Shown here: positions 1 through 9,439 of the stretch, in pieces | Numbering within the stretch: position 1 is the stretch's first letter | Layout of the letters: each line of letters starts with the position of its first letter | The notes under the pieces: model-generated | What the model was told of the DNA's origin: nothing | Seen by the model: only the letters and a program-made list of their open reading frames with translations | Database searches by the model: none | Assembly: GCF_000013045.1 (NCBI RefSeq) | Contig: NC_007677.1 | Coordinates: 3,096,203 to 3,160,202 of the forward strand | Length of the DNA stretch: 64,000 bases | DNA from: Salinibacter ruber DSM 13855 | GTDB taxonomy: Bacteria; Bacteroidota; Rhodothermia; Rhodothermales; Salinibacteraceae | Reading direction: 5' to 3' | Program-made: the position numbers and the translations under genes

Positions 1-29
1 TCTCCCTTCCCCGATTCATCCCGCCGATC

Positions 30-740
30 ATGCAGACGACAACGGACCGCACCTACCACATGCTTATTGTGGAGGACGACACCGACATCCTCATGGGGCT
101 CGAAGAGTATTTTGAGCTCGAAGACTACGAGGTGGACACGGCCGAGGACGGGGAGACGGCCCTCCAGAAAATGAAGGACATGGACAAGTGCGACGTGGTC
201 CTCCTCGACGTAATGCTGCCCGAGAAGGACGGCTTTGAGGTGCTCGAGGAGTCGCAGGAGATGGGCTTCAGCGCCCCCGTTCTCATGATTACGGCCCGCG
301 GGGAGCAGGAGTCGAAATTGAAGGGGTTCGGCCTTGGGGCGGACGACTACATCACCAAGCCGTTCAATGTGGAGGAGCTGGCGGCGCGGGTGAAGGCCAT
401 CCTCCAGCGCACCATGCCGCCCGCCGAGGCCCCGATGGACGTCTACGAGATCGGGGACGTGGAGGTCAATTTCTCGACCCACGAGGCGTACCGGAACGGC
501 GACGAGCTGAACTTCACGGCCCTGGAGTTCGACATTTTGCGCTACCTCATCCAGCACAAGGGCCGCACCGTCACGCGCAAGCAGCTGCTGCGGGACGTCT
601 GGGGCATCGACGAGAACATCATCACACGGACGATTGACCGCCACATGGCCTCGGTCCGCAAGAAGATCGAACCGGACCCGTCCGACCCCACCTACATCGA
701 GACGGTCTACGGCATCGGCTACCGGTTCGACGAGGAGTAG
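30..740 (+). CDS. Two-component response regulator, OmpR/PhoB family (receiver + winged-helix)
   Basis: N-terminal receiver motifs (LIVEDD...D, LLDVMLP, TARGE..K, ADDYITKPF) and C-terminal winged helix ending YGIGYRF. ATG at 30. Confidence 0.85.
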   Translation: MQTTTDRTYHMLIVEDDTDILMGLEEYFELEDYEVDTAEDGETALQKMKDMDKCDVVLLDVMLPEKDGFEVLEESQEMGFSAPVLMITARGEQESKLKGFGLGADDYITKPFNVEELAARVKAILQRTMPPAEAPMDVYEIGDVEVNFSTHEAYRNGDELNFTALEFDILRYLIQHKGRTVTRKQLLRDVWGIDENIITRTIDRHMASVRKKIEPDPSDPTYIETVYGIGYRFDEE

Positions 741-768
741 TCCGTCTGGACGCCCCGCCCCCCTGCCC

Positions 769-1509
769 CTACACCGTCTCCTGCTCGGACCCTGTCGTCC
801 GCTCGGCGCCCTCCAGTTTGTACCCAATTCCGTACACGCTCTGGATGGGCCACTCGTCTTCCGCCTCGCCGTCCATGACGTCGCGGAGGGCGTTGACGTG
901 CCGGTCGATGGTGCGCGTCTCCACCTCGGTGGGCAGGTCCCACACGTCGCGGAGAATCTGCTCACGGGTGGCCGTGCGGCCGCGCCGGCGCAGCAGATAG
1001 GCGAGCAGTTTGTACTCCAGGTCTGTGAGGTCGACGGGCTCTCCGTCCCGTGAGACATCGTCCTCTTCGAGATCCACGCGGAGCCCCCCGACCCGAAAGG
1101 TTCCGGTTTCGTCGGTTGCCTCCGCCTCCCGACGAAGCAGCACGTCGATCCGTGCCACCAGCTCCTCCGTCTCGAACGGCTTCGTTAGGTAGTCGTCGGC
1201 TCCGACCTGGAAGCCCCGCATCTTGTGCTCGTGGTCGCCGAGGCCCGTGAGCATGAGCACCGGCGTGCGGACCCCGTCGTCCCGGGACTGCCGGAGCACT
1301 TCGAAGCCGCTGAGGTCCGGCAGCTTCGCGTCGAGCACGATCAGGTCGTACCCCGGGAGCCGTGTGGCCTCTTCCAGGGCCGTTTCTCCCGTCTCGGCGA
1401 GCGTGACCTCGTAGCCCTCGGATTCCAGGTAGAGCAGAAGACTCGTGCTAAGCTCGCTATCGTCCTCGACGACGAGAAGAGAGGGGCCTTCGGGGTCGGA
1501 GTCGGACAT
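769..1509 (-). CDS. Two-component response regulator, OmpR/PhoB family
   Basis: Same architecture (LLVVEDD, DLIVLDAKLPD, ADDYLTKPF, YGIGYKL). Convergent with the first regulator. Confidence 0.85.
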   Translation of the reverse strand: MSDSDPEGPSLLVVEDDSELSTSLLLYLESEGYEVTLAETGETALEEATRLPGYDLIVLDAKLPDLSGFEVLRQSRDDGVRTPVLMLTGLGDHEHKMRGFQVGADDYLTKPFETEELVARIDVLLRREAEATDETGTFRVGGLRVDLEEDDVSRDGEPVDLTDLEYKLLAYLLRRRGRTATREQILRDVWDLPTEVETRTIDRHVNALRDVMDGEAEDEWPIQSVYGIGYKLEGAERTTGSEQETV

Positions 1510-1755
1510 GGAGGCAAAAGAAGTTAGGCAAAGAGAAGAGTCGGCGCGGAGCTAGGTAGCCCATACGATACGAAGCACGGTACGCTTCCGACAGGGCGCC
1601 CGATCCTATTACCCTCTCGCAACAAGAGAAGCTGGTTCAACGGATTCATATCCCTCCGGCCCCGTTGGGAGCCGTCCCGACCGCATTCCTCCTGCATTCG
1701 GCCGGGGGCCCGGTCGGCAAACGGATGGGGCGGGCCGTACAGCGATGCCAGGGGT

Positions 1756-3186
1756 TCATCCGTGCATGACGGCGAGGGGCTCCAGCCGCGCCACCTTGCC
1801 GGCGAGGCGCGACCCGGCCACCGTCTCCACGACCCCGCCGATGTTTTCCTTGAGCTGGACGCCGGCGGACGCGGATCCGTCGCCGGACCGAACGGCGACG
1901 CCGTCCCCGTCCCCGTCGAGCGGCACCGGCTCGGCCTGGTGGTTTGCCTCGTGGCGACTCATGGTCCGTCCGGCGCCGTGGCAGGCCGACCCAAAGCTCT
2001 TCTGCATCGCGTCGCGGGTGGCCAGCATGACCCACGAGGTCTCGCCCATGCTTCCGGGGACCAGCACCGGCTGTCCGAGGGCACGGTACGGGAGCGAGAT
2101 GCCCGGCGTGCCGGGGCCGAAGGCGCGCGCCGCCCCCTTGCGGTGGACATAGCAGCGCATGTGCTTGCCGTCGACCTGATGCATCTCCACCTGCCCCAGG
2201 TTGTGGGCCACGTCGTAGACCGTCTTGAGCCGTTCCCCCGCCCCCTCAAGCAGATCGTCGAACACCTCGCGGACGCGGTGGGCCAGCACCTGTCGGTTGG
2301 CATAGGCGTAGTTGGCCGCGGCCCGCATGGCCCCCATGTAGTCTTCCGCCTCGCCCGAGTCGAGCGGCACCGACGCCAGGTTCGGGTCCGGCGGGTCGAT
2401 GTCGTAGGAGGGGGCCACCTCCTGAAATCGCTCGATGTAGTCGGCACAGACCTGTCGCCCGTACCCACGGGACCCGCAGTGAATCTGGGCAACGAGGGTG
2501 CCCTCTTTGAGACCCATCGTGACGGCCGCCGCGCGGTTGAAGACCTCCTCCACCGAGTGAATCTCGATGAAGTGCTCTCCGCCCCCGAGCGTCCCGAGCT
2601 GCTGCGCCCCGATCGACCGGGCCGCCTCGCTCACCTTCTTCGGGTCCGCCTCGTTGAGGCGCCCCCCCTCCTCGGCGCGGACGAGGTCGTCCTGCTGCGC
2701 CATGTCCTTGCGCAGGGCCCACTGGGCACCGGACTGGGCGACGTGGTCGACCTCGCTCTTGTTGAGCGAGATGGACCCCTCCGCGTCCGTCCCACTCGGA
2801 ATGTGGTTCTTCAGGGCGTCGGCAAGGGCGTCGAAGTTGCCCTCCGCCTCCTCGGTCTTGATGTCCGACCCCAGCAGTCGGACGCCCGCGTTGATGTCGT
2901 GTCCGATGGCGCCGGGCGCAATGGTGCCCACCGGCCATTTCGACACGGCCACAATGCCTACCGGCGCCCCCTGCCCGCTGTAGACATCGGGCATCACCAC
3001 GAGATGCCCCACCAGTCCGGACAGCATCGAGGTGCGAATCGCCTGACCGATGGCCTTTCGTTCGAGAATCTCGTCGATGAGATTCTCACTCGCGAGGATG
3101 CGCACGGGCACCCGCATCGCGTCCTGGAACGACTTGGGGATTTCCCATGTGAATTCGTCGATCCGCGTCAGGTCCGTGCGTTTCAT
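1756..3186 (-). CDS. rtcB: RNA-splicing ligase RtcB
   Basis: 476 aa with conserved RtcB blocks (HCGSRGYGRQV, metal-binding His/Cys pattern, C-terminal catalytic His region). ATG at 3186. Confidence 0.85.
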   Translation of the reverse strand: MKRTDLTRIDEFTWEIPKSFQDAMRVPVRILASENLIDEILERKAIGQAIRTSMLSGLVGHLVVMPDVYSGQGAPVGIVAVSKWPVGTIAPGAIGHDINAGVRLLGSDIKTEEAEGNFDALADALKNHIPSGTDAEGSISLNKSEVDHVAQSGAQWALRKDMAQQDDLVRAEEGGRLNEADPKKVSEAARSIGAQQLGTLGGGEHFIEIHSVEEVFNRAAAVTMGLKEGTLVAQIHCGSRGYGRQVCADYIERFQEVAPSYDIDPPDPNLASVPLDSGEAEDYMGAMRAAANYAYANRQVLAHRVREVFDDLLEGAGERLKTVYDVAHNLGQVEMHQVDGKHMRCYVHRKGAARAFGPGTPGISLPYRALGQPVLVPGSMGETSWVMLATRDAMQKSFGSACHGAGRTMSRHEANHQAEPVPLDGDGDGVAVRSGDGSASAGVQLKENIGGVVETVAGSRLAGKVARLEPLAVMHG

Positions 3187-3412
3187 ACGCTAGAGGCTCG
3201 CGCACGCCCCAGGGCTGAACGCCGTCTGGAACGCCGCGTCTTGTTATTTTTGAGACGTAATTGAGCGAAAATTGAACCATGGGAAGAAATTCAGTGTTCC
3301 ACTTCCATCTTCCTCATGGGGACTTCCCCGTAGGCTTTCTTTTCGAGCGACGTGCGTTGCACAGTCGCTGTGTCCCCTCTCCAGCGAGGACGGTGCCCCG
3401 GCGTCGGTGGGG

Positions 3413-4564
3413 TTACGCTGGGGCTTCAGCCGCCCGCTCCGCCGCCTCGTTCTCGGCCCCGCCCACTTCGTGAATCCACCCCCCGCCGAGCACGTCTTCG
3501 TCCTCGTATAGCACGAGGCTTTGCCCCGGCGTGATGGCGCGCTTCGGCTCGGCAAAGGCCACCTTCAGGGTGTCCTCGTCCGGCTGCCAGGCCAGGCACC
3601 CCGCCCCATCGTCGTTGTAGCGGATGGTCCCCCAGGCCGGGCGCTCCCCGTCGAGCTCGGGGTACTTCACGAGGTTGATCTCGTGGGCCGTCAGGGTCTG
3701 TTCCATGAGCTCCTCCTTCGGCCCCACCGTAATCGTGTTTGTCTCGGGGTCAATGTCGGTCACGTAGACCCGCTCGCCGAGCGCGAGGTCCAGCCCCCGG
3801 CGCTGGCCGATGGTGTAGAAGGGGTAGCCGTCGTGCTCCCCCACCACGGTGCCGTCGCTGAGCACGAACGTGCCGCCGCTTACCTCCTCCTCAAGGCCGT
3901 CGACGCGGTCCTTCAGGAACCGAGGGTAGTCGTTGTCCGGGATGAAGCAGATCTCGTAGGAGTCCGGCTTGTCGGCTACGTTGTCGAGGCCGAACTCCGC
4001 CGCCATCTCGCGGATCTCCGGCTTCTCGTACGCGCCAAGGGGGAAGATCGAGCGGGCGAGGTGCTCCTGCGGCAGGCCCCAGAGCGCGTAGCTCTGGTCC
4101 TTGTTGCGGTCGAGCCCGCGGCTCAGGAGGTAGCGGTCCCGTTCGTCGTCGTAACGGACGTTGGCGTAGTGGCCCGTGGCGATGTACTCGCAGTCCAGGT
4201 CGTCGGCCCGCTGCAACAGGGCGTCCCACTTGATGTGGGTGTTACAGAGCACGCAGGGGTTGGGCGTGCGGCCCGAGAGGTACTCGTCGGTGAAGCGCTC
4301 GATCACCCAGTCCCCAAACTCCTCCCGCAGGTCCACGACGAAGTGCGGAAAGCCGTGCTCAGTCGCCACCACACGGGCGTCGTTCATCGACTCGATGGAG
4401 CAACAGCCCACTTCTTTTCCGTCGCGCCCCCCGCTGGTGGAATAGTCCCAGGTTTTCATGGTGAGGCCCACCACGTCGTAGCCGCGCTCTTTGAGCAGCA
4501 CGGCCGTCACCGAGGAGTCGACGCCGCCACTCATGGCGACGAGCACGCGTCCCTTCTTGCTCAT
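3413..4564 (-). CDS. mnmA: tRNA-specific 2-thiouridylase MnmA
   Basis: PP-loop SGGVDSS near the N-terminus, catalytic Cys (CCSIE), tRNA-binding C-terminal domain. 383 aa. Confidence 0.9.
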   Translation of the reverse strand: MSKKGRVLVAMSGGVDSSVTAVLLKERGYDVVGLTMKTWDYSTSGGRDGKEVGCCSIESMNDARVVATEHGFPHFVVDLREEFGDWVIERFTDEYLSGRTPNPCVLCNTHIKWDALLQRADDLDCEYIATGHYANVRYDDERDRYLLSRGLDRNKDQSYALWGLPQEHLARSIFPLGAYEKPEIREMAAEFGLDNVADKPDSYEICFIPDNDYPRFLKDRVDGLEEEVSGGTFVLSDGTVVGEHDGYPFYTIGQRRGLDLALGERVYVTDIDPETNTITVGPKEELMEQTLTAHEINLVKYPELDGERPAWGTIRYNDDGAGCLAWQPDEDTLKVAFAEPKRAITPGQSLVLYEDEDVLGGGWIHEVGGAENEAAERAAEAPA

Positions 4565-4796
4565 GATTTAGGCGGTGAGTCGAAAGAGAAGACTGTAGAT
4601 ATGTAAAACCGCCGCGCACGGATGGGCGTTCCTCAGTCGCGTCGGGGCCCCGCCGATCAGCAACACACGTGCCCCCCTGCTGCTCGGCCGCCTCGAGCGG
4701 GAAATGGTCTTCAGAAAATATTTGCTTGTACCACGACCCCGGAAAGCAGAAGTTTGAAGGCATCACTCCCTGCCAAACGCCCCCGGTACGTATTCT

Positions 4797-5195
4797 ATGT
4801 CCACGTCGACCTCTGCGTCTCGCAGTACCGTCACGACCCCCCTCGCCCCCGCGGCCATCGGCCCGTACAGCCAGGGCGTCCTCGTCGACGACCGGCTCTA
4901 TGTCTCAGGTCAAATCGCGATCGACCCGGACACCGACAGCATGGTGGACGGGACGATTGAGGCGGAAACGGAACGCGTGCTCGAAAACGTTGGCGCCGTC
5001 CTGAAGGCCGCGAGCATGTCGTTCGAGAACGTGGTGCGGTGCGAGGTCTTCATGGCCGACATGAACGACTACGCGCAGATCAACGAGGTGTACGCGCGGT
5101 ACTTCAACGAAAAACCGCCGGCCCGGCAGGCCGTGGAGGTTGCCAAGCTCCCCCGGAATGCACGGGTCGAGGTGTCCTGCATCGCCATCCGGTAG
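4797..5195 (+). CDS. ridA: RidA/YjgF family reactive-intermediate deaminase
   Basis: GPYSQ motif and a C-terminal PARQAVEVAKLP...VE block typical of YjgF/RidA. Confidence 0.8.
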   Translation: MSTSTSASRSTVTTPLAPAAIGPYSQGVLVDDRLYVSGQIAIDPDTDSMVDGTIEAETERVLENVGAVLKAASMSFENVVRCEVFMADMNDYAQINEVYARYFNEKPPARQAVEVAKLPRNARVEVSCIAIR

Positions 5196-5211
5196 AGCCC
5201 CAGAGGGCGTC

Positions 5212-5766
5212 CTACACACCCTCCACTTCGAGTCGGTAGTAGACCTCAGCCTTGACTGCTCCATCGCCGGCGCTTTCTAGCCCAAACCGGCCGTAGAGCG
5301 TTCGTGCCTCGTCGTTTCGTACAGCCTCAAGGACGGGTGTAGACGTGTCGTCGACGACGAACGAAGCGCCGTCCGGAAAAGACGTGACCTGTGCAACGCG
5401 AGGGCCTTCTGCGTCTGTCCCCAAGAACACATCTGCGTCTCTCAGCGACGGGGCAGATTCCGGATTGATAATCTTTACACTATCAATTCGGGCATCGACC
5501 ACATCACTCCGGCTAAATCCGTTGCGGGACAAAATGGCGTCGAGGTCATCCGACTGAATCTTCGACTCGACCGCCACTTCTCCATCCACAACGTCCTCCC
5601 CTTTGTACTCGAACCGATGCTGCACCGTCGGAGCAATGGGCGAGTTCGCGTTCAGGATGGCCGTGTTGCTCGCCGACGCAAGGTCGCAGCTGGTCCACGC
5701 CACACTTGCGGCCAGCAGCACGATCAGCAACGATCCTCGGCGCAGGGTCCGTTCGGCAACGGTCAT
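5212..5766 (-). CDS. Hypothetical secreted protein (signal peptide)
   Basis: ATG start MTVAERTLRRGSLLIVLLAASVAW looks like a signal peptide. No recognisable domain. Lies downstream of the amidase on the same strand. Confidence 0.5.
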   Translation of the reverse strand: MTVAERTLRRGSLLIVLLAASVAWTSCDLASASNTAILNANSPIAPTVQHRFEYKGEDVVDGEVAVESKIQSDDLDAILSRNGFSRSDVVDARIDSVKIINPESAPSLRDADVFLGTDAEGPRVAQVTSFPDGASFVVDDTSTPVLEAVRNDEARTLYGRFGLESAGDGAVKAEVYYRLEVEGV

Positions 5767-5850
5767 GGCACGTGCGGTTGGCTGTGAGGAGCAGGGCACC
5801 AGTGTGAGCAGTCCAGCCCCGTCCCCACCAGGGCCGCACGCGAACGGGCC

Positions 5851-7152
5851 CTACTCGCTGGAGACGATGCCCTTGTTGTACTGGTTCTTGTACTTGCGGA
5901 CGGCCCGGAAAATGGCGCTTGCGAGATAGGTCTGGCCCCGGTCGCTGTTGAGGAAGCGGGCCTCCTGGCGGTTGGTCAGGTACCCAAGCTCCACGAGGAC
6001 CGACGGCATTGAGGCGCTCCACAGGACGTAGAACCCGGCCTGGTGCACCCCCCGACTGCGCCGCTGGACCCGCTCCTTGAACTGATTCTGGACGATCGAC
6101 GCGAACTCTTCGCTGAACTGCATGCTCGCGCTGAGGAAGAGTTCGCCCTTCACGAAGGCCTCCGCGTCGTACTCGTCGTAGCGGTCCGGATTCTCCTCGT
6201 ACTCCCGCACAACGCTGTTCTCCTGCTTCATGACGCGCCGCGCCGCGTCCGTCTTGGAGCGCCCCAGGAAGTACGTCTCGGTGCCCTGGACGGACGCGGA
6301 TTGAAACGCATTGGCGTGAAGCGAGATGAAGAGGTCGCCGCCCCTCCGGTTGGCCAGGTGCCCACGCTCCTCCAGGGCAATGAAGCGGTCGTCCGTTCGG
6401 GTGTAGACCACCTCAAGGTTCAGGCGGTTCTCGACGTACTCCCCCAGCTTGTGCGCCACGTCCAGCACAATGTCCTTCTCGTACAGCCCGTGGGCCACCG
6501 CTCCCGGGTCTTTGCCCCCGTGCCCGGGATCGATCACCACCGTGTCGAGGCGTGATCGCTCGCGGGAGAGGGTCGCCATCGGGTCCCGCCGGCGTTGTTC
6601 TGTCCGGGCGGCCGTCGGGGCGTCCGCGGCGGATGGAGACGAGGCGGACGCGGTCGACGCGGGGGACGAGGCGGCCCCCGAGGCCACCGGCGGGGCGTCG
6701 TCGTACGCGAGGTTCAGTAGCACGTCGTCGGACGCCCCGTCGCGGTAGGCCGTGGGCGAGATCGAGCGGTCCGAGGTTAGGGTCACCCGAAGGATCAAGT
6801 GGCCGTTTTGCTGCGTCACCGTGTAGTCCTCAACCGGCCCTGCCGGCGCCCGCTTGTCATAGTCCGCGTGGAGGGTCGTGTTGTAGAGCACCCACTTCAG
6901 TTCGCGCGCCTGCTCCGGCTGCAGCATGTACGCCTCGGGGGAGCCCGTCGTCCGGACGCGCACGACGTAGCCCTGCCCGTCGGACCGGGGAGAGAAGATC
7001 ACGTCGGTCACGAGCACATCGGCCTGGGCCGGCCCCGCCGCCACGAGCAGAAGCCCGACCAGGAGCCACGACGGGCCCCAACGCGATCGATGCCCGGCGT
7101 CGACACAACGAGCGATGTGGGCCCGGAACCAATCCATAGACAGATGCGACAC
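5851..7152 (-). CDS. N-acetylmuramoyl-L-alanine amidase (Amidase_3, AmiC-like) with N-terminal AMIN-like domain
   Basis: Amidase_3 motifs VVIDPGHGG.DPGA and LFISLHANA...GTETYF. N-terminal signal/TM then a beta-rich domain, with an Ala/Ser-rich linker. Confidence 0.85.
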   Translation of the reverse strand: MSHLSMDWFRAHIARCVDAGHRSRWGPSWLLVGLLLVAAGPAQADVLVTDVIFSPRSDGQGYVVRVRTTGSPEAYMLQPEQARELKWVLYNTTLHADYDKRAPAGPVEDYTVTQQNGHLILRVTLTSDRSISPTAYRDGASDDVLLNLAYDDAPPVASGAASSPASTASASSPSAADAPTAARTEQRRRDPMATLSRERSRLDTVVIDPGHGGKDPGAVAHGLYEKDIVLDVAHKLGEYVENRLNLEVVYTRTDDRFIALEERGHLANRRGGDLFISLHANAFQSASVQGTETYFLGRSKTDAARRVMKQENSVVREYEENPDRYDEYDAEAFVKGELFLSASMQFSEEFASIVQNQFKERVQRRSRGVHQAGFYVLWSASMPSVLVELGYLTNRQEARFLNSDRGQTYLASAIFRAVRKYKNQYNKGIVSSE

Positions 7153-7286
7153 CCCTGACGAAAAGCGACGTGCGGACGGTGGCTGCGTGCCCCGCCGCCC
7201 TACAAGATGCGGCGCAGCCCACTTAAAGTAAAGGATGAGGTGACAACGAGGACGATGCGGGCGGCGGACGGCCCTGTGCGGCGTCG

Positions 7287-8030
7287 CTATCGGCCGCGCG
7301 TGGAGTCGATGAGTTGGCGGAGGTGGCGGTCAATCATGCGGTCCCGCATCTGGGCCCGTCGCTGAAGGTTTTCCTGCAGCTCACGGATCTGCCGCTGTAG
7401 ACGCTCGATCTCGCGGCGCCGGTTTTCCTGCTTCACCGCAAAAATGTCTTCGAGCATGGCGCGAAGCGTGTCGATCTGGGCCCGGCGCTCCGCGCCCTCC
7501 GGCAACAGCCGAATGGTGCGCGCGAGGTTCCGCGCGTTCTGCTCCATTTGGCGCTCGCGCTGAAGCCGCTCGTAGAGCTCCCGGCTGGAGCGCTGCACGG
7601 CGTCGAGGTACTGCCGGTGCGACGCCTCGGGGGCACTCGCGGCCTCGACCCCGTCAGGGGACGAAGAGGCTCGCGCCTGCCCCCCGCCACTTCCCAATAC
7701 GACGGAGGCCCGCTGCCGCCGCACCTCCTCTTCGGTGATGGGCCTCAGTCCATCCTGCACCACGAACAGGCGTCCCTTGAGCTCCACGACGGGGCGCTGG
7801 ATGCCGACGAACCGGTAGTTGGCCCGCACCCCTCGCAGGTCCAAGCTGTCCGGGAGCTGGTCCGCCGACAGAGGCTGCCCGTCGACGTAGACGGTGCCGT
7901 CCCGGATGTTCAGGGTGTGGGTCTGCTGGGCCGACGCGGCGGGCAGAAGCAGGCCCCACAGGAGGAGCCCGACGGCGAGCCCGGCGACGACTCGACGACA
8001 CGTAGAACCCAGGCGGTGCAGAGCGGTCAT
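7287..8030 (-). CDS. Hypothetical periplasmic coiled-coil protein (third gene of the ECF sigma operon)
   Basis: ATG at 8030 gives MTALHRLGSTCRRVVAGLAVGLLLWGLLLPAASAQ (signal peptide), then a region with charged heptad-like repeats (RELQENLQRRAQMRDR). The upstream part of the 597-aa ORF is Arg-rich read-through and not coding. Confidence 0.55.
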   Translation of the reverse strand: MTALHRLGSTCRRVVAGLAVGLLLWGLLLPAASAQQTHTLNIRDGTVYVDGQPLSADQLPDSLDLRGVRANYRFVGIQRPVVELKGRLFVVQDGLRPITEEEVRRQRASVVLGSGGGQARASSSPDGVEAASAPEASHRQYLDAVQRSSRELYERLQRERQMEQNARNLARTIRLLPEGAERRAQIDTLRAMLEDIFAVKQENRRREIERLQRQIRELQENLQRRAQMRDRMIDRHLRQLIDSTRGR

Positions 8031-8080
8031 GGGGAAGCGAGACGTGAACAATGGGACGCGAGGCGAGCCGGAAACGGATG

Positions 8081-8644
8081 TTAGGGGCGGCTGACCCGCT
8101 GGAGGGAGCCCCACCGGTCCGGCGCGCTCCGTGCCTGCAGCCGGTCGATGCGGCGCTGTATGCGGATCAACTCCTCCCCGTCGTCCCACGCCGGGATGGC
8201 GTCCGCGCCGCTCGACCGGGTTTGGGCGGTCGTGGGGGCCTGCCGGGGCGCCCCGTCGATCGCGCCGGGCGCCGCGGCGTCCGCGGCCGGGCCGTCGGAC
8301 GTTCCGTCGCCCTGCCACCACCCTAGGCCAATCACCAGCAGGAGGGCAAGCGCGGCACCGGCGGGCTGCAGGCGGCGGGCCCAGGCGTGGGAGGGGGCCC
8401 GCGCCGGGCGGTCCTCGCTCGGGGGCGCGGCCGGGGGGGCGGCCGTGCGGGCCTGGTCCACCACCTGGTCCACGACCGCCGCGTCCGGCCGGCGCGCGGG
8501 CCGGTCGTCCAGCGCCCGCTTCGTCGCGGCCAGCTCCTCGTACTCGCGGTAGAGGTCCGGATCGTCGGACAACCGCCGCGCGAGCGCCGACTCGTCCACC
8601 TCCTCGTCGTACAGATACCGAATGAGACGTAGCCGATCGTCCAT
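8081..8644 (-). CDS. Putative anti-sigma factor (single-pass membrane protein)
   Basis: Sits immediately downstream of the ECF sigma. N-terminal cytoplasmic helix, one TM (ALALLLVIGLGWW) and a Pro/Ala-rich periplasmic tail. Confidence 0.6.
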   Translation of the reverse strand: MDDRLRLIRYLYDEEVDESALARRLSDDPDLYREYEELAATKRALDDRPARRPDAAVVDQVVDQARTAAPPAAPPSEDRPARAPSHAWARRLQPAGAALALLLVIGLGWWQGDGTSDGPAADAAAPGAIDGAPRQAPTTAQTRSSGADAIPAWDDGEELIRIQRRIDRLQARSAPDRWGSLQRVSRP

Positions 8645-8692
8645 AGGGGCAAAAGGTCACTCTGTGAAGCAGGCCGGACCGCGCCGCGACCC

Positions 8693-9298
8693 TCACGTGT
8701 CGATCGTGCCGACCAGCGCGGTCTCGTCGGAGGCCTCCATCATCTTGCGAAGGTTCTTGAGGGCGTACCGCATGCGGCCGAGGGCGGTGTTGATGGACAC
8801 GTCTTGGAGCTCGGCGATCTCCCGAAAGGTGAGGTCCGTTTCCTGGCGCAGGAGCAGGACCTCTTTCTGCTCGGGGGCGAGCTGCTCGATGTGCTCGTCG
8901 AGCCACTCGCGCTGCTCCGCGCGGTGGAGCTGCTCGTCGGCGTAGGGCGAGTCGTCCTCCAGGGTGTCCCAGAAGGACCGCCCGTCGTCCTCGTCCTGCG
9001 GCACGTCCGTCCACTTCTTCTGCTTCCGCGTGTGGTCGATTGCCGCGTTGCGCGCGATGCTCATCACCCAGCTCAGCCACTGGCCCTGCCGGTCGTACGA
9101 CCCGCGCTCGCCGTGCATGGCCTTGATCACGCGCTCGAAGGTTTCCTGGAAGAGATCGTTGGCCACCGCCCGGTCTTTCACCATGCCCATCAGGTAGCCA
9201 AAAATACGGTCCTGGTGCCGCTCGACGAGCTGCCGAAAGGCCTGCTCGTCGCTCTCGTCCAGGTACGCCGATACCAGTTCCTCATCCGTAGGCTGCAT
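8693..9298 (-). CDS. RNA polymerase sigma-70 factor, ECF subfamily
   Basis: Region 2 (FRQLVERHQDRIFGYL...DLFQETF) and region 4 HTH (LTFREIAELQDVSINTALGRMRYALKNLR). ATG at 9298; the ORF track's 9310 start is a TTG. Confidence 0.85.
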   Translation of the reverse strand: MQPTDEELVSAYLDESDEQAFRQLVERHQDRIFGYLMGMVKDRAVANDLFQETFERVIKAMHGERGSYDRQGQWLSWVMSIARNAAIDHTRKQKKWTDVPQDEDDGRSFWDTLEDDSPYADEQLHRAEQREWLDEHIEQLAPEQKEVLLLRQETDLTFREIAELQDVSINTALGRMRYALKNLRKMMEASDETALVGTIDT

Positions 9299-9439
9299 GC
9301 GGAAACCCAATCAGTGGCAGGTGCCGGGACGTGGGGACATGGTGCCGATTCAAACGAGTGTCCCAGCGCAATTATTGTGTGTCCCCTCGTGCTCGGCCCT
9401 CTACGTTTACAAGGACCGTTCCGGAGCGGCGATCCGCCG

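Noticed and set aside
9311-9439. Possible ECF-type promoter (GGAAC ... CGT) upstream of the 8693-9298 sigma gene
   Set aside because: The GGAAC and CGT elements are present on the correct strand, but the spacing (about 13 nt) does not fit the usual 16-17 nt, so it was not called.
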